From Octopus sinensis (taxonomy: Eukaryota): 64,000 nt of DNA. The notes below the pieces were generated by a model. It was not told where the DNA came from. It ran no database searches and worked only from the letters and a program-made list of their open reading frames with translations. A program made the translations under genes and the position numbers. This document shows, piece by piece, positions 12,521 through 25,639 of the stretch. The DNA is taken from contig NC_042997.1 in assembly GCF_006345805.1 (NCBI RefSeq), positions 123,442,001-123,506,000 of the forward strand, in the 5' to 3' direction. Every line of letters starts with the position of its first letter. Positions within the stretch are counted from its first letter, which is position 1.

Positions 12521-12831
12521 TGTTAGGATACAAAAGAATGTAACATGAAGACATTCTTTGTTAGATAGTAAGCGCAATACTGAAACTAGTTGGATAGCGA
12601 TTACTAAATTGGTTACTTTTGCGTCTAAAATTTATATTGGTGTTACTTTCATTCGAGCATGTATATAAAACACAGTCTGCAAGGATTTTTTTTCTGTAGA
12701 ACAACTGATCACAGATATATCACAAGTAGGTGACACTTAGTGGCTCGTTTTGAAAGTTTTAAATCTAGTCGTGTGAACCCCTCCGACGTACTACTTAAAA
12801 ATAAGCCATGTGCTCAAATTAAAATTTATGC

Positions 12832-13015
12832 TTTTCTGCTCTAGGCACAAGGCACGAAATTTGGGGGGAGGGGACAGTTGATTAGATCTACCCCAGTACG
12901 CAACTGTTACTGAATTTATAGAATCCGAAATGTAAAGTCTACCTCGGCGGAATTTGAACTCAGAACGTAAAGACAGAAGAACTGCCGCTAAGCATTTCGC
13001 CCAGCGTACGTAGTG
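12832..13015 (-). mobile_element. SINE S1
   Basis: GGCGGAATTTGAACTCAGAACGTA... matches the reverse complement of S1. Confidence 0.85.
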
Positions 13016-13184
13016 CACGATACTAGCGATTCTTTTTATGTTACTCTTAGACTCCATTCGAGTATGTATGTAATTGGAGCTGGGCATGCTACATTTGCAC
13101 AGGAACCCCGTGAAAAGACATATTGTACTTTCATTTTGGTGTTAAGCTGACGTCTCAATAAATCTTTATTTTGACGCGGCTACC

Positions 13185-13370
13185 TGGCAGAGACGTTACC
13201 ACACTGGGCGAAATGCTTAGCGGCATTTCGCCTGTCTAATTCTCCCGAGGTCGACTTTACCCTGCGGAGTCGATAAATTAAGTAACAGTTGCCTACTGAG
13301 GTCTATCTAAACAACTGCCCCCCACCACCAAAAAAAAAATTTCGGGCATTGTTCCTAGAGTAGAAAAGAA
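13185..13370 (+). mobile_element. SINE S1 (internally deleted), inverted relative to 12832-13015
   Basis: CTGGCAGAGACGTTA...GGGCGAAATGCTTAGCGGCATTTCG...CCGAGGTCGACTTT. Confidence 0.8.
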
Positions 13371-13564
13371 TAAATTATCATTTGAACACAGGACTTATTT
13401 TTAAGTAGTACCTTTGTGTATAAAGATGAAAATCCATTTTGTTAATGCAAATTTTGATGATCAAACACACACACATACAAACAAACAAACAAACATCCAT
13501 ATATATATATTCACATACGCACACACACATATATGTATATATATATATATATATTCTCTTTTCT

Positions 13565-13967
13565 CTCTTTCTCGTTTACTTGTTTCAGTCATTTGACTGC
13601 GGCCATGCTGGAGCACCGCCTTTAATCGAGCAACTCGACCCCGGGACTTATTCTTTGTAAGCCCAGTACTTATTCTATCGGTCTCTTTTTTGCCGAACCG
13701 CTAAGTGACGGGGACGTAAACACACCAGCATCGGTTGTCAAGCGATGCTAGGGGGACAAACACAGACACACAAACACACACATATATATATATACATATA
13801 TATACGACAGGCTTCTTTCAGTTTCCGTCTACCAAATCCACTCACAAGGCATTGGTCGGCCCGGGGCTATAGCAGAAGACACTTGCCCAAGATGCCACAC
13901 AGTGGGACTGAACCCGGAACCATGTGGTTGGTTAGCAAGCTACTTACCACACAGCCACTCCTGCGCC

Positions 13968-13970
<3 letters not shown>
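13565..13970 (-). mobile_element. SINE S2, full length with internal (CA)n(TA)n tract
   Basis: tRNA-like head at 13970-13900 (ATAGGCGCAGGAGTGGCTGTGTGGTAAG...GGGTTCAGTCCC), internal microsatellite at 13765-13803, 3' half at 13565-13765. The same architecture recurs at 17371, 21010 and 47205. Confidence 0.9.
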
Positions 13971-13999
<29 letters not shown>

Positions 14000-14064
14000 T
14001 TATAGAAAGATATATATAGGTATATAAATGTAAATATATATATATATATATATATACACACAAA

Positions 14065-14285
14065 TATACATGCTTAGCTATGAGAGATCGCTAGCCATTA
14101 CACACATTTTTTATTCTCTCCTAGTTTCTCTCCTTGTTTCTTTCTGTATTCCTTTCTGTGGAAGAGCGTAGGCTCGAAACGTTAAAGTCTTTCTCAATTC
14201 CCGAGCGTTATACTAATACATCTGTTTGTTTTCTACACCACCAGTCTTCGTCTTTTGGTTTTATCGCGAATTCTTCCCCTATATA
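14065..14285 (+). mobile_element. Short repeat (family C) with variant minimal hammerhead motif
   Basis: CTTT-CTGTGGA-A-GAGC-gtag-GCTC-GAAAC-GTT-AAAG at 14152-14187. Homologous to 20630-20990. Confidence 0.7.
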
Positions 14286-15106
14286 TGCAAACATACGTAT
14301 ATATACAGATATACTTAAATGCCCGCACCGCAGTATTATGTATTGATTTTACACAAAACCACAGGTTTTGTATTTATTAGTGCATTTCTGCGTGTATGGG
14401 AATCTCTATTTGCGAGAATTAAAGTGAATGTTTGTCAGCTTGAAATAACTGACGTTATCGGTGGTTGTCAATGGAGAACAATACTTTGAAATGAAGAATG
14501 TCATCATGCGCTTTCAAGTAGTTAAAATATGAATTATAAAAAGTGAAAATATGTTTGACATGATTAAATATCCTCTGTGTAACTTGATAAAAAATAGAGA
14601 CAAGATCAGAAATACTAGCTTAAAGGAATTGTGTATGGGAAATGAACATATTGTCAGATGGCATTTCAAATCATATGCTCAAAGAAGAAATATTTACATA
14701 TAAAACTGTTTCAAAATAAACAAAGTAGCGGAATTTATACTATTAGTAACACAGTGAAGAACAAGCATAAATTTACCTCTAAGTGATATAGATAATACAG
14801 ATCTGGATTCAAATTTCGCTAAGTAACTTAGATAAGGTTAACTAAAGGTAAACACATGGTCTCGTGATAAAAAATAGTGATGCATATATGTATATTTGTA
14901 CATATCCACACGCATCCGCACATGTGTTGAGATGTATACAAGTAAATATATGCATATGGATGCATGTTTCTATATTATTAAATATTTAAATATATAAATA
15001 TATGTAAGTATACAAGCACATGCATGTGGGCATATAAACAACCACACATGTGTGTATATATACAAATATATATGTGCATATATATATATATATATATATA
15101 TAACTG

Positions 15107-15590
15107 TATAAATAACTTATAAAATAAGGGCAAAAGAAAAATTCTAATATCAAATATGCCGAAAATCGACAAAATTGTCAATAACTATTATAATTTATGC
15201 ATCTCGAAACAAGCCGAAAGAAATTTCTAAAAAATTCCGTTATTACCGTATTGGTCCCAATTTCAGAGTTAATTCACAAGAATTTTCCTCTCCTCAGCGA
15301 TAAATACGTAAGACATAAATGAAATACTTACTCATACTCATGGAAAAAGCAAGCATATGAGTATGAGTAAGTATTTCATTTATGTCTTACGTATTTATCA
15401 CTGAGGAGGGGAAAATTCTTATGAATTAACTCTGAAATTGGGACCAATACGGTAATAACGAATTTTTTAGAAATTTCCTTCGACTTGTTTTGAGACGCAT
15501 ATATTATAATGGTTATTGACAATTTTGTCTATTTTCGACATATTGGGCATTAGAACTTTTCTTTTGCCCTTTTTTTATAAGTTATTTATA
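15107..15590. repeat. Foldback element: ~235-bp near-perfect inverted arms with ~15-nt spacer
   Basis: 15107-15341 mirrors 15357-15590. Centre reads ...CTCATACTCAT-GGAAAAAGCAAGCAT-ATGAGTATGAG..., flanked by TATA. Confidence 0.93.
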
Positions 15591-15724
15591 AATTTAAGCT
15601 TCGAAGTTATTTTTTAATATGTTGGCCATTGATAAAATTTTTTTTCGAAAAGATCCTACATTAGATGTATATATAATTGTGTGTGTGTATATATATATAT
15701 ATATAAAAATGTGTGTATATATAT

Positions 15725-16030
15725 ATATATGATGTCGATAGGATCGACCCAAGTACGCAACTGGTACTTAATTTATCGACCGCAAAAGGATGAAAAGCAA
15801 TGTCCACCTCAGCGAAATTTAAATTCAGATTGTAAAGAATACGAAATACCGCTAAGTATTTCGTCCGGCGTTATAGCGTTTCTTATTTATTGCCCACAAG
15901 GGGCTAGACATAGAGAGGACAAACAAGGATAGACACACGGATTAAGTCGATTACATCGACCCCAGTGCGTAACTGGTACTTAATTTATCGACCCCGAAAT
16001 GATGAAAGGCAAAGTCGACCTCGGTGGCTG
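15725..16030 (-). mobile_element. Two adjacent SINE S1 copies (15725-15875 and 15880-16030)
   Basis: Both carry AACTGGTACTTAATTTATCGAC...GATGAAA.GCAA.GTC.ACCTC. The second is truncated at its 5' end. Confidence 0.85.
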
Positions 16031-16473
16031 TATAAAATTACAGAACACCAACAGAATATACGTAGAACTTCGTTCGAAAATTCGACCCTTTTAGCAAAAT
16101 AATACAATATATGAGAATTGTAAATGTAGGCAATGGACGTATCGCTATTTCTGTCGCAGCCTGCCAACAATGAAGAAAATTAATAGCATTATTCATTCTT
16201 TTGAATGTTTAAAATCTGATTACTGAATTACTTCATGCAAATTTCAGTGATGTTACTACAAGCATAAAGTGCCAGCAAATATCCTATATAAAATAGAATT
16301 ATGTTCAGTTTAACCTGCTGGCAGTAACATTTATATTCACAGATTGGAAATGAAATGAACAGAAAAAAATATTATGGAGATAGATGCAAAATATATGAAC
16401 GAAGTAACAGCAGCTAATACTAGTCTGTGGAGTAAGATTATGTGAAAACCAGATATATACAAACATACATGCA

Positions 16474-16531
<58 letters not shown>

Positions 16532-16656
16532 GTATATACATATAAGCATGCATGCATATATATATATATACATATATACAAATATATATACATACATATA
16601 TATATATAAATATACATTATATATATACATATATATATATACATATATAAATATAC

Positions 16657-16746
<90 letters not shown>

Positions 16747-17370
16747 ATACATATACACACACAGATACATATACATATATATGTATACTCATATACATAT
16801 GTACACACTGCAGATATATAGACAAATAAACGGTGAGCTCAATAGAAGGCGAAGTATCATTCTTAGCATAATAATTGGTAGATATATGAATGTAGCTAAT
16901 GGCAAGTGTGTGTTTGTATAGGATTAAAAAGCATATTGAAACAAATGCATAAAGTACGGTTTATGTTCACAGAGCCCACTCATTTTTATAATGCCCAGAC
17001 GCTTACAAACCATATGTGAATGTCACGTGCTTCCTCGTCTACTATTCAGCATAACAATAAAGCTAGTTGTAAGAGAGCTATGTGTATGTGCGTATGTGTG
17101 TTTTTTGTTCGCGTGTAAATGTGTGTTTCTATATATTTGCATATGTATGGATTGATATGTGTATATTTCCAGGGGCGCACGTTTATGCGTGGGTGGTTGT
17201 GTACTTGTAAAAGTGTATGCTTATAAGATGGCATCGTTGTTTACTTCTTCAATAAAGATGTTTTCTATGCAAAGCTATTGTATTCATTGTCCTTTTAATT
17301 TTACGTACGTGAATAGGAAAGAAATATATGACACACATATTCCTTAGCTGTTTTCCAATATGCTCTAATT

Positions 17371-17755
17371 TTTTTACTTGTTTCAGTTACTGGACTACGG
17401 CCACGCTGGAGCACCGCCTTTAGTCGAAGAACGCAACCCGAGGACTTATTCTTTGTAAACCTAATACTTATTCTATCGGACTCATTGGCTGAATCGTCAA
17501 GTTTCGGGGACGTAAACTCACCAACATCGTTTGTCAAGCGATGGTAGGCGGACAAAGTCCCCCACACACGCACACGCAAATTCACACACACACGCATACA
17601 CAAACACGTACGACGGGCTTCTTTCTGTTTTCGTCTACCAAACCCACTCACAGGGCTTTGGTTGGCTCGAGCATATAGTAGAAACCACTTGGCCAACGTA
17701 CAACGTTGTGGGTTTAAATCCGGGACCATGTGGTTGGGAAGCAAGCTTCTTTATT
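17371..17755 (-). mobile_element. SINE S2
   Basis: Colinear with 13565-13970, with a shorter internal (CA)n tract. Confidence 0.85.
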
Positions 17756-18567
17756 TCATTACATTTGCCATAAAGGTAGTACATAGAGTAAAGTAGTTTT
17801 GCGCGCTGGACAAGGACATTAATGAAATGAATGATAATGAAAGAGAGATGATAAGGATGGGAGAAAACAAAAAGCGCCCACCGACTTCTGCTCCTCTAAT
17901 ACATTGTTCTTTAAAACCAAGCACAAAACGAGGTATTAAACCTCTTACAACTTTTCAATTTTTTGACCTAACAGTCCATTACAAACAACAACATAGTTCA
18001 ATAATTGCATATAATATATATAAATACAATACACAAAGCCCCTCCTCCCAGACCTGGCTTACGCTTCCCTTAGGCAATGCACCAGCTCTAGGTCGGGGCC
18101 CCAGAAGGCGTATCTAAACATGTCTTTTGAGAAGGTGTTCATTATCCTGACCATAGCGACATCCGATATGATCTTCGTAGTCACCTGCTAAGGCCACTCC
18201 GCGTCCTCTGTCCTCTGCCCTCCGAGAAGCAAGTTTCTTACCACATAAAGAAGCCTATATTGGTGAAGGTGAAATTTCTCTTAGCATGAAGGTAATAACG
18301 GATACTTCCTCTCGAGAACGCACAGAAATCTGTCACATTCCCCACTCCTACGTGATCATTTTCGTCTTTTAGCGATATTTCTCTGCTTTGTAACATAAAT
18401 ATTCTCAAAACTAATGCCACAATATTATGACTCTCGAAGACTAACAGTAGGTACATGTTAAATAAAATACCGCTTCTATTACTAATAACACACACGCGCA
18501 CACACGCACACACACACATATATTAATACATATAAATGTGGCAACCTGGTAAAAACATTAGCAGGTA

Positions 18568-18800
18568 TAGACGGCGAGCTGACAGAATCGTGTGCACGCC
18601 GGGCGAAATGCATAGCCGTATTTCGTCTGCCGTTACGTTCTGGGTTCAAATTACGCCGAGGTCGACTTTGTCTTTCATCCTTTCGGGGTCGTTAAATTAA
18701 GTACCAGTAACGCACTGGAGTCGATGTAATCGACTTAATCCCTTTGTCTGTCCGTGTTTGTCCCTTCTATGTTCAGCCCCTTGTGGGCAATAAAAAATAT
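18568..18800 (+). mobile_element. SINE S1
   Basis: Highly similar to 3143-3374. Confidence 0.9.
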
Positions 18801-20322
18801 TAGGGTTAACCCAGAACCGTCGATGATACTGTGGTCATGCTGATGAGGAAAGATCTAAAGGTGATTCGATCCGGGGGCTGAAAATCAAAAATATTTATTG
18901 CTCATATATATTTTCTCAAAAACATATATATATATGTTTTATCAAAACTATATATTGCTTTATATGTATTTTATCAAATAGCTTACTGCTAAAGTTTGCT
19001 TACCATTAAAATGTAAAAATCTTTTCAAATAAGATACGGAGATTAAAAATGTGATTAAAAATGTGTGAACTGCGGTTTTCTGTACGTGAATTTTGTGGCA
19101 TAATGTACCTAGAACAACAAATTTCTCTATGCTTGTGATAGCTGAATTCAGTGGTGGGATTGCCTTTTGGTAATATCAAATTGAAAACGTCACTGAGATT
19201 GGTTAAGTTGGTAGTAAATAGCCTTGACAAATGTACTAATAATATTCTTATGATGGATTTATTTTGAACAAAATGGAACACACAAATGGAAAATTGCTCT
19301 TATTCACGTCAGATTCACATTCACTCCATGATAGCTGTATACGCTGTGAAAAATGTATATTAATTTCTGATGCATTGTACACGAAACAGATTACATACGT
19401 TGAAAACAATTGATCGTCACGCGATTTTGCTGTTTTTACCTCATCAAATGACGTATACCACTGTATTGTCCTTTGCAGGCACGCGCATTCAAACCAAATG
19501 AAACCAGACCAAACACACACACGGGTCCGCATATGTCTATATCTATATAAATGTCTGTATGCATGCAGGTATATAAGTAGGTATAAAATTATTCTGTTTT
19601 ATTTCAAGATTTCTTAACAATAGACAAAGAACCAGTTTCTGACCTTGATCTAAAGCTCCTTTATTGGAATTTCAACATCAACAACATGGTATTTTTTATG
19701 TATATATGTATGTGCGTGTGTATGTATATGTGAAGATTTGTATATTTTGTTTTATATATATACTCATACAAATAGTTCAATATCTAGACATGCCCATATA
19801 TATTAACGTGATAAACTTCTGGAAAGGTTTACAGATTTTTAAAATCCCTGTGACGGATTGTGATCTGCAGTCTTCGAATTAGCTTTCTCCTTTCTGCTTT
19901 TGTATTTAGTGTGTTACATATCCCTGGGCCTCAATAATTACAGGTATAAACCTAAATTTCTAATTTGAATTGAGTAACTACACATTTTTGAATAGTTCAG
20001 CGTATATATGTATGCATGTATGTATGTACGTACCAATGTATATTTGTGAAGCTCGTATCTTGGTTGTTTATGGTTGTGTCAGAATCAACAGATTATGAGT
20101 CAATTCATGGAGACATCAATGCTTTGTGTCATTGAACAAAATCATTACATTTTGTGCGACACCTGCCAACTTGATATAATAATGAGCGATAGTCAAATAC
20201 CGATTGAAGCCTGAAAGAGCCAAGAACTTTTCTTTCGTCAACCCTGGACTACACAGTCACGAATAAAGCAAATAAATAGTACAAACCATTCGCAATGGTA
20301 GTTGACGGCTATAAGCCGTAGG

Positions 20323-20354
<32 letters not shown>

Positions 20355-20454
20355 TGTATGTATGTTGTATGTATGTATGTATGTATGTATGTATGTATGC
20401 ATGCATGTGTGTATATATGTATGTATGTATCTATGTATGTATGTATTTATTTAT

Positions 20455-20615
20455 TCTATTATCTTTTTTCAGTCATTTGATTGCGGCCATGTTGAAGCAC
20501 CACCTTTAGTCGTGCAAAACTTGTTCGTTGTAAACTTATGAACCGCTAAGTTACGGGGACGTAAACAGACAGCATCGGTTGTCAAGCGATGTTTGGAGGA
20601 CAACCATACACAGAC
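20455..20615 (-). mobile_element. SINE S2, 3' half
   Basis: CAGTCATTTGATTGCGGCCATGTTGAAGCACC...GTTGTCAAGCGATG. Confidence 0.85.
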
Positions 20616-20629
20616 ACATGCATTTCTCC

Positions 20630-20990
20630 TGCCTTTTGTAATTTTTTCTTCTCATAACTTTTAACTTTTTTCTCACGCCTTTTCAATGTTTATTGATCTT
20701 TTATACTCCATACGTCATTACTTTGGCTTTCTCTCTCCACTTTCTTTTTCTCTCCTTTTTCAGTCACGCCCGATAACAAATCTCTCCCCCATGATTGACT
20801 ATCAGCTCCGAAATGTTTTTTTAAAAATTTATTTTGATTCTCCCTCTGTTTATTTCATCGTGTTCCTTTCTGTTAAAGAGCATAGGCTCGAGACGTGATA
20901 GACTTTCTCGCCTTCCCGAGCGTTAAACTAAAACACCACTTTGTTGCTTATACACATGTCTTCGTCTTGTTTTTCTCTAAATTTCAATAC
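20630..20990 (+). mobile_element. Family C repeat, longer copy, with degenerate HHR at 20866-20901
   Basis: CTTT-CTGTTAA-A-GAGC-atag-GCTC-GAGAC-GTG. The downstream CCCGAGCGTTA.ACTAA is shared with 14200-14220. Confidence 0.65.
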
Positions 20991-21009
20991 ATACATACAT
21001 CGTATATAT

Positions 21010-21209
21010 ACTCTCTCTTTTTACTCTTTTACTTGTTTCAGTCATTTGACTGCGGCCATGCTGGAGCACCGCCTTTAGTCGCGCAAATCGACCCCGGGAC
21101 TTATTTTTGTAAGCCCAGTACTTATTCGATCGATCTCTTTTGACGGGGATATAAACACACCAGCATCGGTTGTCAAGCAACAGACACATAAACATATACA
21201 CACACACAC

Positions 21210-21256
<47 letters not shown>

Positions 21257-21433
21257 ATATATATATATACGACAGGCTTCTTTCAGTTTCCGTCTACCAA
21301 ATCCACTCACAAGGCAATGGTCGGCCCGGGCTATAGCAGAAGACACTTGCCCAAGATGCCACGCAGTGGGACAGAACCCGGAGCCATGTGGGTGGTTAGC
21401 AAGCCTACTTACCACACAGCCACTCCTGCGCCT
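21010..21433 (-). mobile_element. SINE S2, full length
   Basis: Colinear with 13565-13970. Confidence 0.9.
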
Positions 21434-21442
21434 ATATATATA

Positions 21443-21474
<32 letters not shown>

Positions 21475-21599
21475 CTATATATATATCACTGGATATACTT
21501 ACGGATTTGTATATTTTGTTTTAGATATATATATAATAATCATACATATAGTTCAATATCTAGATATGCTCATATATATTAAAGTGGAATAACTTATAT

Positions 21600-21651
<52 letters not shown>

Positions 21652-21830
21652 CTTAGTATGGATAATTTGGTTAACCGATACTGGGTAGCAAAATCACGTC
21701 AGAAAATCACGGTTGTTGAAGTACATGCCAAGGGCAGAGATCACTTGCTTTCGTGTGGAAATTTGTGTGTTTTTTTTAATACAATAAATGAAGAATGGAG
21801 TTGAAACGACGATTTAACAAAATTCCTTTA

Positions 21831-21913
21831 TTCTCGACATATGTTTCGAAGGCTGCATATTCCTAATTTCGAAGGAATAAGGGGTGCATCATGCCGCCTT
21901 CTCATCAGGAAAA
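21831..21913 (-). ncRNA. Type I hammerhead ribozyme with intact core and extended stem II
   Basis: Minus strand: TTTTC-CTGATGA(21908-02)-GAAGGC.GCAT...ATGC.GCCTTC-GAAAC(21847-43)-ATAT-GTC(21838-36)-GAGAA. All conserved core nucleotides are present and stems I, II and III can form. Confidence 0.85.
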
Positions 21914-21986
21914 ACAAGGAACAGCATCAAGATGAACAAAAACTCTTAGATAACTGCCCACACGGAGTCTATAGCGATATATACAT

Positions 21987-22045
<59 letters not shown>

Positions 22046-22624
22046 ATTATATATATACAGAGAGGAGAGAGAGAGAAAAGAGAGAGAGAGAGGAAAGGGG
22101 TTAGATTTAGCTATAAACCTAAGTATGAATACACATATATATATACAGATATCTATTTATACATATATAGAGATGTACAAATAGCTATGTGTGTACGTAC
22201 GTACGTACGTATGTATGTATGTATGTATGTATGTATGTATGTATGTATGTATGTATGTATGGGTAAAAGTGTGAGTACGGTGAGTTCGTTTTTATATGTG
22301 TATGCGTTCTTTTCAGTATTTCTTGGCGTATATTACTACGTATATTTACGCTTTTTTAATTCTTGGTCGCGTCTTAAACAACACGACCAAGGCAATGATT
22401 ACGCAGAAATATTTAACATCGTGTATCAAGTAACACAATGCGCATGATGTTTACAGTCTACTGACTGGTAATATCAGCAAAGAAAGTGTGTCCTATTAAC
22501 TTCAGGGAGAAGTCTGTTACATTTGCAATGTCCATGCATTTTACATGATAATTACTGGTGACTGTCTGGAAATTGAAATAAAACAGGATTCTGAAATACG
22601 CTGATTTTGTATATCCGTGTTCAA

Positions 22625-22724
22625 NNNNNNNNNNNNNNNNNNNNNNNNNNNNNNNNNNNNNNNNNNNNNNNNNNNNNNNNNNNNNNNNNNNNNNNNNNNN
22701 NNNNNNNNNNNNNNNNNNNNNNNN
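22625..22724. other. Assembly gap (100 N)
   Basis: Run of N. True size is unknown and adjacency across the gap is uncertain. Confidence 0.99.
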
Positions 22725-23330
22725 ATCATCAGCAGCAGCAGCAGCAGCATCAGCATCATGCTTCTCATCTTACTCCTCTTCCGCGTTGTTATCTTCGACT
22801 ACTGAGCATGATCACCTTCCTCCTCCTCCTCCACCTCCTCTTACTCCTTCTACTCCTCCTTATCCTTCTCCTCCTCCTCCTCCTCCTCCTCATCATCATC
22901 ATCATCAACAATAACAAAAACAAAATCATCATCGTCCTCACTAGCACAACCATCATTATCATCTACCTCATCGTTGTCATCGTCCTCATCACCATCCTTA
23001 CCACCATCATTGTTATCATCATCATCATCAATATCATCGTCATCGTCGTCATCATCATCACCATTATCATCACCACACCCACTATCACCACCACCATCAT
23101 CATCATCCTATCCTCCTCTTCCTCTCCTCCTCTTCCTTCTCCTCCTCTTTAATCATCCACAGTTTGTCAATATCAGCCACATCATTCTCCACACCACTAT
23201 AACGTTGTCCATTTCATCCTCATCATCCACGTATTCCTTTTTCTCCATTCTCCTGCAGCTACTCCTCCTCTTCATCTTCACTATAATCATCATCATCGTC
23301 ATCATCATCATCATTAGTAAGTATTATATC
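22725..23330. repeat. Cryptic CAT/CCT/CAC/CAG trinucleotide low-complexity tract
   Basis: Directly visible. Generates the poly-I/S/L ORFs. Confidence 0.9.
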
Positions 23331-23754
23331 CAATATCCTTATCATTATCGTAATTGCTGTCGTTGTATTCCAATATTCAATGTCATCAATTACATCTTTT
23401 TTTCTAACCACCTTCCTAAATAATTGCCAAGTTCATCAACATTTTCACCGGTTATGTTAGCCTTAATGGCTATTGCGACCTCACATATACCCTAATGTTT
23501 ACTCAGCTACTGCTGAGGTTTTTCAATCTCTGTATCTACTTGGCCAATATGACCGAGGATGAACGAATTTGATGTTACCGCAACAATCGATTATTACCCT
23601 CCATCTCAAATCTTAGGCAGAATTCCTGTGTTAGCGCTGCAGATTGGAAAATTCATAAGGATTGAGAGAATCCTTCAGAAAAAAAAGTTTTGCCGCTTAT
23701 GACAAGGCTCTTTAAATTATGCATTCAAATCCCGCCTCGCACGTCGTGCAAGAA

Positions 23755-24062
23755 ATGTGTGTTTGTTCCTTCTCGAGCCATCCCTAGCTCTTAAGAGCCG
23801 GTTTCCCGGTTTCATTGGCGTATAGCTTCCCCACCTGGACGGGACACCGGCCCGTCGCAGGTGAGCTGCTAGATGCAGGACGGAAGAGTGACAGAAAGTT
23901 GTGGCGAAAGAGTCAGAAGAGGTTCGCCATTATCCTCTGCCGGAGCCGAGTGGTTCTTGGGTATTTTGCTCATAAACACATCCATCGACCGCTCTGTGAT
24001 TCGAATCTGCGATCCTTCGACTGTTAGTCTGCTGCTCTAACCACTAGGCCATGTGCCTCCAC
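23755..24062 (-). mobile_element. SINE S3
   Basis: Reverse complement of 12213-12520. Confidence 0.88.
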
Positions 24063-24269
24063 TTCAATAGATGTACTAATCAAGAATCAAGGATGATTCT
24101 ATCAAATTTAACCGTCCGTAAAAATGGATGATATCGTGTCTAAATAATAAAATAATACTATTATTACACTAGTGTGCGTTAATTTAATTAGCTCGTAATT
24201 AATCTTGATGTTTGATGACAACAAATCTACTCAAATCATCAGAATCGTTCTTAGGATTCTAGCAGATTA

Positions 24270-24675
24270 TTCTTCTACTTCTCTTCTTAATCCTTTTTGC
24301 CCTTTGTGGAGGATAGGGCCTCAACCGTTGTTTTCCACTTTTTGCGGTCATTGGTGTGTTGGCTGCTTCCCATGTGAGGCCGGTGGTCCTGAGCTCGCCA
24401 AAATGCTCCGATTCCGTGTCTGCTTCGGACGTCTTCGATTAATTTTCCCTAGCGGGTTCCAGTCAAGTACTTTTTCGTGTCACATTTGAAGGTTCTTTCC
24501 GCAGTGTATGTCCGATCCATCTCCATTTCCTTCGTCTAATCTGAACATGCATGGGTTCCTGGTTGACCCTTTCCCACAGGTCGGTGTTTAGCACTCTGTC
24601 AAACCACTTCAGATGGAGGATCTGCCGGAGAAATGTGTTGATGAAGGTCTGGATCTTCCTGTAGAATATAGGATG
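24270..24675 (-). mobile_element. RTE-clade LINE 3' end (5'-truncated)
   Basis: KIQTFINTFLRQILHLKWFDRV...IRRRKWRWIGHTLRK, followed by DWNP and a GRP-like region. Short AGA-rich tail. Confidence 0.88.
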
Positions 24676-25639
24676 GTATTTTTCTGCAGGTTGACAAGCC
24701 ACCCTAATTGTTACAAAAAATATTCTGCTCAGTACCTCAGATGTGCTAATCAAGTTGAGATTTGAATAATTAATTTCTGGAAACATGGGCGTTTGTTCAT
24801 CATACTTAAACAAGCCTTATACGGGGACTTTTGGTGCGGGCTCGTATATAATAGGGAGGAACCGATTTATGGAAAATCTTAGTGGAAAGCTCTTATATAG
24901 TACTCGCACAGAAGACAATTCCGAAAGATTTAACAATGTCTAGAGCAACTGTGTTGATTTTAGGTGTGTCATAATGTAGTTAGTCTCTGATAGATCTGTC
25001 TCTAAAGAAACTGTAATCGTTGCAGGGAGGGTTCGGAAGACTCAGAGTGAGGAAGAGAAAAATAGAGAAATAGAGAGAGATACTCCCTTTAGAGAGAATG
25101 AAGTAAAGAGAGAGGGAGAGTTAGAAGGAATGAAATAGAGAGAGGCAACTTCGTGGAGAATATCGTTGTTAATACTTTTTCCAATAAGTTAATGATGTTA
25201 TATAATGAATATATAAATTATAATTTTCGTTGTTTAGGTATAAAACGGTAATTTCCTCTTTAATTGGGTCACTGTAGCATATTTCCAATTGGCAAAGTAT
25301 ATCCACATATTGTGAGTGTCTTCTGTGTTTTGCATGCGAAATTAGTTGTACTTATAGATCAAACAAAAAGTACTGAATTACATGTAAAATTTGGAGGTAT
25401 ATAATTCATTCGGATACTTAATTTTGCTCTTCAGAGTATTTCCTGTTGGAATACAAATACCACATAATGTTCGTGACGTCTAATATAAGTCCAATTTACT
25501 ATTAGCAGTTTCCATAATAAATCTTAATTTTGGACATTAATTTACAATTCTAAAGGGATGTAGGTATTTATTTAGTTTATATTAGAGGGGTCATATTTAT
25601 ACAAGAATATCAAGGACTATAATCTCTGTACAGGCTTCT

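Noticed and set aside
18815-18885. C/D-box-like arrangement (ATGATA..CTGA..CTGA), with faint resemblance to an 18S rRNA segment
   Set aside because: Imperfect C box, no terminal stem and no identifiable guide target. The rRNA similarity is too patchy.
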